A DNA stretch of 64,000 bases. Origin: Eledone cirrhosa (taxonomy: Eukaryota). The stretch lies in assembly GCA_964016885.1 (NCBI GenBank), contig OZ024744.1:70928001-70992000 (forward strand), read 5' to 3'. Both the position numbers and the translations under genes were made by a program. Within the stretch, counting starts at the first letter, position 1. Each line of letters opens with the position of its first letter. Below, one piece after another: positions 42,001-53,585 of the stretch. The notes beneath the pieces were generated by a model. It saw only the letters and a program-made list of their open reading frames with translations, searched no databases and was not told where the DNA came from.

Positions 42001-43410
42001 GTCTGGTTCGGTCCGGACCTCCAGACGGACAAAAACTGGGACGAGGTGACGAGCAGGGTGGCTTCTCTCACCCAGAAATGGGCGGAGAGGAAGCTATGTC
42101 TGAAAGGTCGAGCAGAGGTGGCTAACACGTACATCGCGTCCGTCATCTACTACCGCCTGACCGACATACCTTGTCCTAAGCCTCGCCTGACTGCGCTGGA
42201 GCATTTGCTCTTTCGCTTTTTGTGGAAGGGACGTGCTCCGATGGTCAGGTGGTCCATCTGCTATCAACACCCACTACGTGGAGGGCTGGGCATGCTGTGG
42301 CTGATGATGCGCAGACACGCTCTCAGGCTACGACATCTCCACCTCTTCCTCAACGGTGATCAGGTGTGGTCGCCGTTTGCTAGACACGTCTTTCCCCAGC
42401 TTGTTTCCTTGACGGAGCTGCAGTCCTGGGTCAAGCGAAGACCGAGAGGGAGTGCTTGGAGACTGGAATGTCTTCAGGCGCTCACAGCCCTCGACCAATC
42501 GGGCAATGTGATCGGTGGAAACTCCACCTTGGCGTTCTATAGAGGTTTAGTGGAGGGGAAGAGCGACGACGTACTTGGAGAAACTCTAGGCGTCGACGAA
42601 AATCAACTAGCCAATCTCTTCGGAAGGATTTTCGGGCCGGGGCCTATGGACAACTTCCAGAAATCCCTGGCCTGGCAATGCTACCGAGGAGGTTTGCCAG
42701 TTTGGGATAAACACTACAGGCATGGAGGTGCCGTCAGCCGGGCATGTCCGAGATGTGCCCGGGGGCGACGAAACTGTCCTGCACGCACTCGTCCAGTGTC
42801 CGAGCATTGCTGACTTGTGGGTTTATGTCGAACACCTGCTGTCACGTGTAGGACGGATCCAGCTATCAGCTGAGTCCATCGTGAGGATTGCCCCGCCCTC
42901 TTCCTTTAGCCGGGAAGGGCAGGCAGTTTTTATCTGTCTGGTGGCCATGGCGAAAGAGATAGTATGGTGGACACGTTTGAAAGGGCTGAAGATGAGCACT
43001 TACCTCTTCGGTGATGCCCTGATTAACTTTTTCAAATTTCATTTGAAAAGGAAAATCAGGGTTGAGAGGGAAGTGCTCTCTTCCCAGCATTTTGTTGAAA
43101 GATGGGTGAGAGAAGCAAGTATGGCCCGAGTGAATGGACCTACTTTGAGTATCTGTCTGTAAATTAAAGGTGGACAACTGGGAGACGGCACTTGCCTTGG
43201 TGGTCAGGGTCACTGTGGCCTTTTAATGGGCTTTCTCCACAAATGTCCCTCAGAAGTCTCCCCCCTATTGGAGGTTTTTCATTGTTATTTTTTTTATTAC
43301 ATCCTCTGTTTTTTTTTACACGCAGAAATGCCCATTTGTACCGTCCTGTATTGTCCTGTACTGTCCTTAATGTCTACTTTATGTAAACCCTTGTGGTTAA
43401 TAAAGAAAGC
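39071..43410 (+). mobile_element. L1/Tx1-like LINE with 5' end, broken ORF1 and endonuclease-deleted ORF2, flanked by (TTA)n
   Basis: ORF1 pieces with SFAKAA and a CVVCGEGIHLKAFC knuckle. ORF2 motifs KSPGLDGLP, NFRPITLLN, KAFDRVDH, RQGCP, YADD and C-terminal CPRC..ETVLHALVQC. AATAAA precedes the (ATT)n tail. Confidence 0.9.
40908..43162 (+). pseudogene. Tx1-like ORF2 (RT plus C-terminal zinc finger); APE domain almost entirely missing
   Basis: ATG at 40908 gives MTSLRIASINVRGLG (first APE motif) and then jumps to the pre-RT region. Frameshift near 42765. Confidence 0.85.
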
Positions 43411-43440
43411 ATTATTATTATTATTATTATTGTTATTGTT

Positions 43441-44503
43441 ATTCCTTGAATCTCAGTCATTGATGTTGGTTAACTGGAAAGTCCGTTGGATTGAATATCA
43501 AGCCACTACCTGCAGCCTCAGATATTCAGGACGTATCGGAGGGTTCTTGCTGTTCCAAGCAAGCATGCCTTTTGAAGCGTTCCAAAAAGCGTGAAGGGGC
43601 CGATTTTCTTTAACCATCCCTGGAAACTTTTGGAGATAGTCCCCAGTGCGCCTATGACAATCGGGATCACTTTGACTTCATGGCAGTTCCAAATCCTTTT
43701 CACCTCCCACTTTAGGTCCTGGTATCGGTTAATTTTCTCCCTCTTCTTCTCTTGCACTCTCGTGTCGAACGGGCAGGCCACATCCACAATCAGGGACGAT
43801 CTTTTTTCTTTGTCCACAACCACCAGGTCAGGTCTATTGTGTTCCAGTTTTTTGTCCGTCTGTATCCTAAAATCCCACAGCACCTTCACCTGATTGTTCT
43901 CCATCACCGCCTCTGGCCTATGCTCATACCATTTCTCAGAATGTGGTAGATTGTTTACTTTGCACAGGTGCCAGTGGATCACCCTGCCCATCACATCGTG
44001 TCTCCAGCCCTTATAGTGGGTCTGGGCTAGGTGTTTACACTCGGACACAATGTGAGCCACAGTCTCCTCTCTCTCTCCACAGATCCTGCACAGTGGGCTG
44101 GCCTCCTCCTTGTAGATATGGTGCTTCAACCACTTCGTTTTGAGGGCCTGTTCCTGCGCAGCCATTAGCATTCCTTCTGTAGCCTTTTTGAGGTCTCCTC
44201 TTCTCAACCAGTTCCATGTCTGGGGATCTCTAAATTCAGTTTTCTCAAAGAAGGTACTATGAAGGGGTTTTCCCTTAAGGCTGCTCTTCCTCCTTGATGT
44301 TATTTCCTCCCTGGACATCCCCTGGCCTACTGTCCCCTCCTTCAGTACAGCTCTGAGCATTGGCTCCTTACTATAGGTCACGTATTTGTATAGGTTGTTT
44401 TTCTCCATCTGAACACAGTCCTCTATGCTGATAAGACCTCTTCCACCCTCAGATCTCCTTAGGTAGAGTCTATCGACATCACTCCTCTTGTGGAACATGT
44501 TGT
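43441..44503 (-). mobile_element. Second R4/Dong-like copy; C-terminal 326 codons open
   Basis: CRICGEREETVAHIVSEC zinc knuckle, RHD, RPDLVV..D..EK..RY restriction-like endonuclease, IVIGALG. The 3' end joins (TAA)n. Confidence 0.92.
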
Positions 44504-44573
44504 ACTTTATGTAAACCCTTTATGTAAACTTTAATGTCTACTTTATGTAAACCCTTGTGGTTAATAAAGAAAG

Positions 44574-44634
<61 letters not shown>

Positions 44635-45034
44635 TTTATTACCTCTTCGGTGATGCCCTGATTGACTTTTCAAATTTCATTTGAAAAGGAAAATCAGGGT
44701 AGAGAGGGAAGTGCTCTCTTCCCAGTATTTTGTTGAAAGATGGGTGAGAGAGGCATGAATGGTCCGAGTGAATGGACCTACTCTGAGTATGTGCCTGTAA
44801 ATTAAAGGTGGAAAACTGGGAGAGGGCACTTGCCCTATGCTGGTCAGGGTCACCGTGGCTTTTTTTTAATGGGCTTTCTCCATGATGGGCCTCGGAATTT
44901 TTCATTGTTCCTTTTTTTGTTACATCCTCTGTTTTGTTTTTTTTACACGCAGAAATGCCCATTTGTACCATCCTGTATTGTCCTGTATTGTCCTGTACTG
45001 TCCTTAATGTCTTACTTTGTGTAAACCCTTGTGG
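44503..45034 (+). mobile_element. Two further 3'-end fragments of the Tx1-like LINE separated by (TTA)n (44575-44640)
   Basis: 44503-44574 repeats 43366-43410 with stuttered partial copies; 44640-45034 matches 43001-43396. Confidence 0.9.
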
Positions 45035-45622
45035 GTGAATTGGTAGTATCGGTAGAGGGTTGGACGACATGCTTTCTAGCATAGTTACGTCCCTTTACAG
45101 TCTGAGTTCAAATCCCGCCGAGGTTAACTTTGCCTTTCATCCTTACGGGGTCGATAAAATAAAGTACCAGTAATGTACTGGGATAATTGCTGGCCTTGTG
45201 CCAAAAGTAGAAACAATTATTATTATTATTATTATTATTGAGTCTGAACGGACGTCTTTTTGCTCACTCTCGGACGTCTATTTGCTCACCCTATTGGGGA
45301 ATTTTTCTTGTATTTTTCTTGTTACTTTGTATTATTGTTATTCATATTGTTTACTCGATTTTTCTGTAAAACCCCACTGTCCCAGTCTTTTGTATTGTCC
45401 CCTATATGTCGACTCTTGTGGCCAATAAATAAAATCATTATTATTTGGCACTATCGGTAGAGGGTCGGACGCCATGCTTTGCAGCAAAGAGTTACGGCCC
45501 TTTATGATCTGAGTTCAAATCCCGCCGAGGTTAACTTTGCCGTTCATCCTTACGGGGTCGATAAAATAAAGTACCAGCAATGCACTGGGTAATTGCTGGC
45601 CTTGTGCCTAAAGTAGAAACAA
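45035..45622 (+). mobile_element. Two full-length SINEs (45035-45214 and 45445-45622) with (ATT)n tails
   Basis: Near-identical to the other young copies. Confidence 0.9.
45240..45437 (+). mobile_element. 3' end of a related LINE family (tail cttgtggccaataaataaaatc-(ATT)n)
   Basis: Similar tail architecture to the Tx1-like element; a related sequence lies on the minus strand at ~34372-34480. Confidence 0.55.
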
Positions 45623-45959
45623 TTATTATTATTATTATTATTTTTCTAAAGAGTTAATACTTGATGTAGGCGGCAAATTGGTAGAATCATTAAAATGTTG
45701 GAGAGATTGCTTTGCAGTGTTCATTTCATCTCTCAGCACTCTGAGTTCAAATCCTGCCACAGTCAACTTTGCCTGTCATCCTTTTGAGGTTGATAAAAAA
45801 AAACATACCAGTCCTGTACTGTGGTCAATTCTCCCTCTCTCTCTGGAGAAATTGGCTGTGTTCAGACCTGGAGCAAGGATTGGCTCTACCAGGGTTAAAG
45901 TGCACCCCCCCCCCATATGTTACTATGGCACGTTTACAAATCCACCAGGAGTTACAGGC

Positions 45960-46392
45960 ACACACACATACATACACATGCACGCATGCACACACACATG
46001 CATACATAGATACACATATATACACATACATACATACATACATAAAGTGATACATGCATACACACACACACACTGACACACTCATACATGCATATATACA
46101 CACATATACATATATATACATATATACATACATACACACACACACATATACATACACGCATAAATGCATACATACATACATATACACACACACATACATC
46201 CACACATACGTATATGCATACATACACACACATACACACATATATACATACATACATACACACACACATACATACACACATACACACATACATATACACA
46301 TACATACATACACACACATACATACATACATACACACATACACACTCATACATACACACATACATATACACATACATACATACACACATACA
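45960..46392. repeat. (CA)/(CATA) microsatellite
   Basis: Direct inspection. Confidence 0.95.
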
Positions 46393-46557
46393 TGAAATGT
46401 TTAGTGTCTATTACTAAATTCAACATCAACAGGTTACTAATAGCTATATTTAAGTATTCTGGCACAACTGAAACTCATATCTTTCACTCTTTTGATACCA
46501 AACTGCTCAATTCTGTATTGGGTCTATGATAGAAAACACGTTGTTTTAAAGTGTTTA

Positions 46558-47025
46558 TCTATATATCTAAAACAGAGAATGTCTGTCTGTCTGTCTGCTT
46601 GTCTGTCAGCTCACTAAAACTCGAGAATCACCCAACCGATTGTTTTCAAACTTTACACATGTAATGTGTTTTGTGAATGTTTTGAGCCAAAAATATTTCA
46701 AATTTTCAATGACCTAGGGACCACATTAGGCGATTTAGCGATCTCTCCATATAATTCTTAGTCTTTCTCTTTTTAGATAGATACATAGATATAACGTTAC
46801 ACCCTTATAATATCTGTCTGTATGTCTGGTTGTCTGTATTACGACATTATGACTCTATATGTATGAGTGTATATATGTATATATAGTGTGTGTAAATATA
46901 TATATAGTGTGTAAAGTTTTTCGAAATATTTACTTCTGCGTTCACAGATTGATTTTTTTACTTTCAGAAGATCCCGTTAAGGGTGAAAGCAGTGATTCTT
47001 TGCTTAAATTTTAATCTGTTATTTT

Positions 47026-47059
<34 letters not shown>

Positions 47060-47209
47060 ATTATATATTCGTGTACAGATATTTTTGCATACACAATAAC
47101 AAAATATAAACAAACGTATTTATTTCACAAGGCTCGATAAGGATAAATATATATCAAATATATAAGAACCCTAGAGCAAATCCCAAGCAACGCCGGGCCA
47201 TTCTGCTAG
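46558..47209 (+). mobile_element. Non-autonomous Helitron
   Basis: A|TCTATATATCTAAAAC start, (GTCT)n, 3' cccaagcaacgccggg..CTAG|T, no TSD. Confidence 0.85.
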
Positions 47210-47290
47210 TATTTATCTAAAAAAAAAAAAAGCTTCCAACATAATTTTCATAACTTAAATCACTCAACATATTTCATTATTTTTTAAAAG

Positions 47291-47612
47291 GGCAGTGGAT
47301 TGGCAGTGCCGGTAGAGTGTTGGACAACATGCTTTACAGTATAGAGTTATGTCCCTTTACGTTCTGAGTTCAAATCCAGCCAAGGTTAGCTTTGCCTTTC
47401 ATCATTATGGGGTCGAAAAAATAAAGCACTAGTAATACACTGGGTGTGATTTAATCAACTTTCCCCTCCCCGAAACATTGTTGACCTTGTGCCTAAATCA
47501 GAATTCAAATCCAGCCGAGGTTGACTTTGCCTTTCATCCTTACGGGGGTCGATAAAATAAAGTACCAGTAATGCACTGGGTAATTGCTGGCCTTGTGCCT
47601 AAAGTAGAAACA
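47291..47612 (+). mobile_element. Tandem SINE pair with 15-bp TSD
   Basis: attattttttaaaag at 47276-47290 and 47613-47627. Further plus-strand copies at ~4790-4990 and 51832-52035. Confidence 0.9.
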
Positions 47613-47908
47613 ATTATTTTTTAAAAGAAATAGAAATCATTGGCAGTTCATTAAAAATATGGTCATGAAAGGAATAAATTATTTTTATATATATCTAAAA
47701 ACGTTCTACCATAATTTTATATAAGAACCTTTGTTAAGTTATGTTCCTAACATCAGCTTATAATGAGAAAGTTAGTCATATTCCTAAATCCCTCCAAATT
47801 CTTGATTATTTTCAAAATTATTTGAAAACCATAGGTAGGGCCTTTCATTAGAAATATGGTAATGGAAAGGTTAAGTTAATGAGAAGAATAAAATATTTAA
47901 AAAAAAGG

Positions 47909-47965
47909 AAATGCTTACAGTACCTAGGTGTCCCAAGCGGTCACCAATCTAAGTACTAACCAGGT
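47909..47965 (-). pseudogene. 5S rRNA 3'-half pseudogene fragment
   Basis: The minus strand reads cctggttagtacttagattggtgaccgcttgggacacctaggtactgtaagcattt, compared with the 5S consensus cctggttagtacttggatgggagaccgcctgggaataccgggtgctgtaggcttt. Confidence 0.85.
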
Positions 47966-48404
47966 GCAAGTGGTGGTGTTGGTGGTAGTCATGTTTGTCC
48001 ATTCGTCATCGTCATCATCATCATCACCGCCACCACCACCACCACCACCACCACCACCACCACCACTGTTTTACGTCCATTTTTCCACGCTAGCATGGGT
48101 TAGACGAGTTGTCCTGTTGTGGGCAATGCCAAGTCAGGTGACCTTGTCTTGCACATACTGAACTGATTTTGGCTCGATTTCTACAGTTGGATGCCCTTCC
48201 TAATGCCAGCTTCATTTACAGTGTGGGCTGGGTGCTTTTTGCTGTGACACCTACATGACCACTTTACAGTAGTGGGAGGGGTTTATGTACACATATATAT
48301 ACACCAGGCCCCAAACACAAAAGAACCAAACTCCCACTGTCACTGCCTCCATCTCTCCTGCTCTCACCCATCTCTCACTATTATGAGTAAATGGGAACCC
48401 ATAC

Positions 48405-48504
48405 GCTGGCCGACCCGCCTTATCGGCAGTCAGAACAGAGAAGGTGTTTTCCCAGAGGATGGTGAGGGAGACGCGCTGGAAAAAAACCATTCCAGCTCGC
48501 GAGG
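48405..48504 (-). CDS. Host gene internal exon A (..SRAGMVFFQRVSLTILWENTFSVLTADKAGRP..), product unidentified
   Basis: Acceptor cttcaccttattcttcAG and donor GC|GTATGG. 100 bp open (2+96+2). Ends in phase 2, matching exon B (GC+A = Ala). Confidence 0.7.
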
Positions 48505-48772
48505 CTGAAGAATAAGGTGAAGTTTTGCAGCATGATCTCTCTGTTGGCTGTACGTTTGTATGGGATGCAATGTTAGTGTACTTTGAACATTGCAAGTGAT
48601 CTCTTTGCAACAATCACAAAATGATTACAAACAGTGATTAGAATTTGGTATCGTATGAAGGACATTCAAATTTTAAAGGTTAAATTTTCTGATAACATTT
48701 ACAAAATTTTGTTGGGCATACGATATTAAGAGAAAAATTTCAATTTTCTTTCCATTTTGTGCTCATATGAAA

Positions 48773-50040
48773 GTGTGTGTGCGTGTGTGTGCGTGTGTGT
48801 GTGTGAGTGTGTACATGTATGTGTGTATGTACATGTGTGTGTATGTGTGTGTATATGCATGTGTGTGTGTGCGTGTGTGTGAGTGTGTGCATGAATATAT
48901 GCATATGCTTTTATGTGTGTGTGTGTGGTACATGTATGTGTATGTATATATATGTATGTGTGTGTATGTGTGCGTGCATATGAGTGTGTGTGTGTGTGTG
49001 TGTATATATATATGTGTGTATGTGAGTATATGTGTATATATATATATAAGTGTGTGAGTATGTGTGTATATGTGAGTATATGTGTCTGTATGTATTTGTG
49101 TATGTGCATGCATGTATGTGTGTGTATCTGTCTGTATGTGTGTATGTGTGTATGTACATATATGTGTATGTGCGTAAGTGTGTATTCATTAATTAATGAC
49201 TAGCAAGTAATATATATGTATGAGTATGTGTGTGCATGAGTGTATATATGTGAGTTGGGAGTATATGTGTGTATGTATATATATGTGTGTGTGTGTGTAT
49301 ATGTGTGTGTATATATGTATGTGTGTATGTGTATGTATATGTGTGTATGCATATATATCTATATATGTGTGTGTGTGTGTGTGTATATGATATGTGTGTG
49401 TATGTATATGTGTGTGTATATATGTATGTGTGTATGTGTATGTATATGTGTGTATGTATATATATATATGTGTGTGTGTGTGTATGTATATGTGAGTATA
49501 TATGCATGTGTGTATGTATATATGTGTATGTATATATATATGTGGGTGTGTGTATATATGTGTGTGTATGTATATGTGTGTGTATATATGTATGTGTATG
49601 TGTATGTATATGTGTGTATGTATATATATGTGTGTGTGTATATGATATGTGTGTATGTATATGTGTGTGTATATATGTATGTGTGTATGTGTATATATAT
49701 GTGTATATATATATATATATGTGTGTGTGTGTATATGATATGTGTGTGTATGTATATGTGTGTGTATATATGTATGTGTATGTATATGTGTGTATGTATA
49801 TATATATATATGTGTGTATGATATGTGTGTATGTATATGTGTGTGTATATATGTATGTGTGTATGTATATGTGTGTGTATATATGTATGTGTGTATGTAT
49901 ATGTATATGTGTGTGTATGTATATGTGTGTGTATATATATATGTGTGTGTGTGTATATAATGTGTGTGTATGTATATGTGTGTGTATATATGTATGTGTA
50001 TGCGTATGTATATATATGTGTATGTGTGCACATGCATTTG
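48773..50040. repeat. Long (TG)/(TA) compound microsatellite
   Basis: Direct inspection; similar (TA)n tracts at 27938-28126 and 60100-60270. Confidence 0.95.
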
Positions 50041-50240
50041 TATGTTACATTTCAGGGTTCATTGAGTTGCACCTCTTCAGTTACACCCATTGCATAATAT
50101 TGGAGCAGGGGCTTATGATCTGATCCGTGACTGCACTGAACATGGATGACTCGTCATGCATGGCATACAGATGAAGTCATACCACCATGACTGAGGTGAT
50201 CTTAATATGCTGTAATGAGATACATTTCTCTTCTGAGGAT

Positions 50241-50271
<31 letters not shown>

Positions 50272-50489
50272 ATTGAATGTGAGTAAAAGAGATAGAGGAT
50301 TAAAGAAGGAGGAGAGAGAGTGAGTGTATGAGAGTGAGGGAAGGGAAGGAGAAAGTAAAAAGGTGTGGGCAAGTGTATGTGTGTATGTGTGTGTGTGTGT
50401 GTGTGTGAGAGAGAAAGGGTAGTGTGATGACATGTTGTGAGGTGGTATAGTGCGGTAGTGATGACATGAATTGTTACTTAATGCGGTTA

Positions 50490-51600
50490 CCAAAGATTAT
50501 CAGAAAACTGAACGGAGTGTAATTAATGGCATCAATAAAACTGGTCTAAAAATCACTTCAGCACTAAATATCCAGGACTAGCGTGAACCGCTGGACCCTA
50601 TTACTCCTCATTTTATTCTGAAGAATCATAAACTAAATTTTGATAACAATCCATCTATTCAACTCATTAATCCCAGAAAGTCAGATTTAGGTAAGCTTAG
50701 TAAAAGAATGTTAACCCAAATATAGAGATATTGTCTTATAGTTCTTTTGTAGTGATTGATTGGTTTAGGGGCAAGCACAACAAGGAACACTACTGCTTTC
50801 TCTAATTCGATATCAACAACTATTATTCTTCCATCACCTTACCACTCTTTCTAAGAGCTATTAATTTTGCCAATGTGCTTATGGAGATTAAGGATTTTGA
50901 AGTTGGTGATAGACAGCATTGTAGTGACCTACGTTCCGCGGGCTCACATACATTCTCTGTGCGTGATTTGGCTCAGCTCAGCCAATCAGCGCCAGCAGAA
51001 GAGAGTGCATCCCTACGCGCCCTGAGGGAGAAATTCCCCGCGAGGATTTGAAGAATCAGCCTCTCGCATCCTGAACTTTGAAGGAACAACACGTACATGT
51101 AACGGTGAGATTTTGCACTTTGGCCTGCCTCGGGCCTGGCACAATGGCACATTCCTTTTGTAACCTTTTTTAGTTTGAAATACAATCATACAGTTTAACA
51201 AAACATTACTTTGTGCCACAATAAATAAATATAATTTTTATCTCACGAACATTCTTCTTGTCATCTGTTATAATTTCCTCCTGTTCCAAGCCTGTGATAA
51301 ACTTTAACAACTTTATTTGGCTAAAGAAATGAAATAGTTCTTCCTCCAATGTGAGCACGGGTGCAGGTGATTCGGCAGAGGTCACAGACCTTATTGGTCT
51401 ATTCTTACCTTTCACTATTAAGGATGAAATAAGTGGATCTTTTAACTATGACTAAATGTGAACCCAGAGTTATTGATAGGTTTAGTAAGGAGATTATTAC
51501 TTTTTTTAAAAGTATCAACCTTTCTATTCAAGTGGATGTTAACCTATCTGTGGTGAATTTCCTCAGTATAACACTCAACAGTTACATAAGCTAAAAATCT
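50490..51600 (+). mobile_element. Degenerate Penelope-like element RT fragment, interrupted by an insertion
   Basis: LKNHKLNFDNNPSIQLINPRKSDLGKLSK, VIDWF and FDINNYYSSI before the insertion; NLSVVNFLSITLN after it. Confidence 0.75.
50920..51386. mobile_element. Probable solo LTR inserted in the PLE remnant
   Basis: Starts TGTAGTGACCT and ends AGGTCACA (imperfect inverted termini). GC-richer front with CCAAT, and AATAAA at ~51220. No TSD found. Confidence 0.45.
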
Positions 51601-52619
51601 TGCATTATTTATTGTGATTAAGGCTCACATTCGAAGCAATAGTATAAAACAAAAGAATCAGAGATCAGATTAGTAGCCAAGGAAATGCCATTACACACAT
51701 ATGAGGATTCCCGGTAGGGTTTAAAACATTCAAAAAGCTTAAGGCATTTTACAAGTAGAAGAATAAAGATGCTTCCACATACTGTTAAAAGAAGTTACTG
51801 AAACCAAAAGTGAATTTATTTCTCAATATAAAGGGCAGTGGATTGGCAGTATCAGTAGAGGGTCTGATGCCATGCTTTGCAGCAAAGACTTACGTCCCTT
51901 TATGATCTGAGTTCAAATCCCGCCGAAGTTAACTTTGCCTTTCATCCTTACGGGATCGATAAAATAAAGAACCAGTCCCGCACTGTGGTTGATTTAATCG
52001 ACTTTCCCCCTCCACCAAAATTGCTGACCTTGTGCCTATAGTAGAAACCATTATTTCTAACCGAAAAAAGCCCAATCAAATATAAAGTTTTACCGACCTT
52101 ATTTAAAAAAGTATTATGGTTTCTTAATGGAAAGAGTAGTTACTAATATTAAGTGTTTTCTATAATAATTAAGCAATTTCGAATTCAGAAAATGAAAGCA
52201 TCGAAATAATAAAGAAAAAAATACACATTTAAGAATGAAAAGAATAGTAAATACACGTATGTATGATTTGCCTTGGTGATCACAAGAACAAATAATGAGG
52301 TGTTTTTTTTTCAATCTCTTCCTTTTCTTACACATGTTTATCTTCCTATATCTTCACCTATCTCCCATTCTATCTTCTGATGAAAGACTAACGTCTAAAA
52401 AACTAATAAATATCTTCATTCTAGCTTTCCGTTCTAACATGGGTTAGGCCAAGCAAGGAACTGAGAGTTGTTTCATCTCTCTGCTTCTTCAGGTCTAGGG
52501 TGGAGAAAGAGATCAGGAGCATACTGGCAGGGAATTCAGGAGTATACTGGCAGGTGGTGGGTGGGGGTCCTGAATGTTGTACTACCTTTCTGCTTCTTTG
52601 GGTTTAGGATAGAGGGAGG

Positions 52620-53170
52620 CATGTAGTTTGCTATCCTCTGTGTTGCTTTATTCCACTTACATATTGCCAGTTTTCTTGATACTTGGTCATCTCCTTTATG
52701 AGATTCAGCTGCATGAGGTTGGCATTCATTATATCATCCCATGTTTTTCTAGGTCTTCCCCTGCGAAGGGTTCCTTTGACTCCAAGTGCTCTGCATTTCT
52801 TTATGCAGCTGTCATCTTTCATATACATCACATGTCCATACCATCACAGTCTCCTCTTTTGCACATTGTAACTAATGCCTCTTATACCCAGTTTTTCTCT
52901 CAGCTCATTCATACTTCATCGCTCATTACACATCCATTGGAGCATGCTTGCCTCATTTCTTTCCAATCTTGGTAACTCCTTGATACACAAAGGCCAAGTC
53001 TCACTACCATGTAGCATTGGCATTTTCATGCTAGCATCATACAATCTGCTTTTCACATCATTTGTAGCAAGTAGTGGTAGTAGTTCCTTGAACTTTTTTC
53101 CAGCCCATCCTCACACTGGTTACTGTACTTTCAGAACATCCACTCTTACTGCTAATTTAGACCCCCAGTT
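52620..53170 (-). mobile_element. Degenerate RTE 3' fragment
   Basis: MKDDSCIKKCRAL..RGRPRKTW motif matches the RTE C-terminus. Confidence 0.8.
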
Positions 53171-53585
53171 AGCAATTCTTAGAAAATGTCAAGAATTGAT
53201 TGAAATATATGTGGGTATGGTGTGCGGTGGCCGGAAGCTGAGGAGTGCTCGACCGGAAGAGTGCTTGACCGGAAGAGTGCTTGACCGGAAGAGTGCTTGG
53301 CTGGAAGGGCCAGAAGGTCGGCCTCACTCTGGCGGTGATCAGGAACGTGGTGGACGCGAGTTTGACGCACGTGGAAGAGGAGAAACCAGCCATGGGATCT
53401 AGCGGCACCTGTGAAAAGCGGTAAGTGAGATAGCTTTTTCTAACCACAAGCTATTTCGGCACTGGAAACTGAGATAGGATTAAAAAAAAAAAAAAAAAAA
53501 AAAACTTTCTCGAAAACAAAGCTACTGGAAAAACAGAGAGGAGTCTGTTGTTTTTTTTATTACGTACCGCAAGACAAATTAGGAT

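Noticed and set aside
45646-45657. ctaaagagttaa as the lost right end of the MITE opened at 37324, which would enclose the whole TTA cluster
   Set aside because: The match is only 12 bp and imperfect, and the intervening MITE sequence is absent, so it cannot be supported.
52377-52405. Hammerhead ribozyme (CTGATGA-agac..gtct-aaaa)
   Set aside because: The GAAA core is missing and stems I and III are not evident; at most a decayed PLE end.
53241-53308. 16-bp repeats (and the ~48-bp repeats at 21886-22010) as a CRISPR-like array
   Set aside because: They are tandem without unique spacers, lie inside an LTR or LINE UTR, and the context is eukaryotic with no cas genes.
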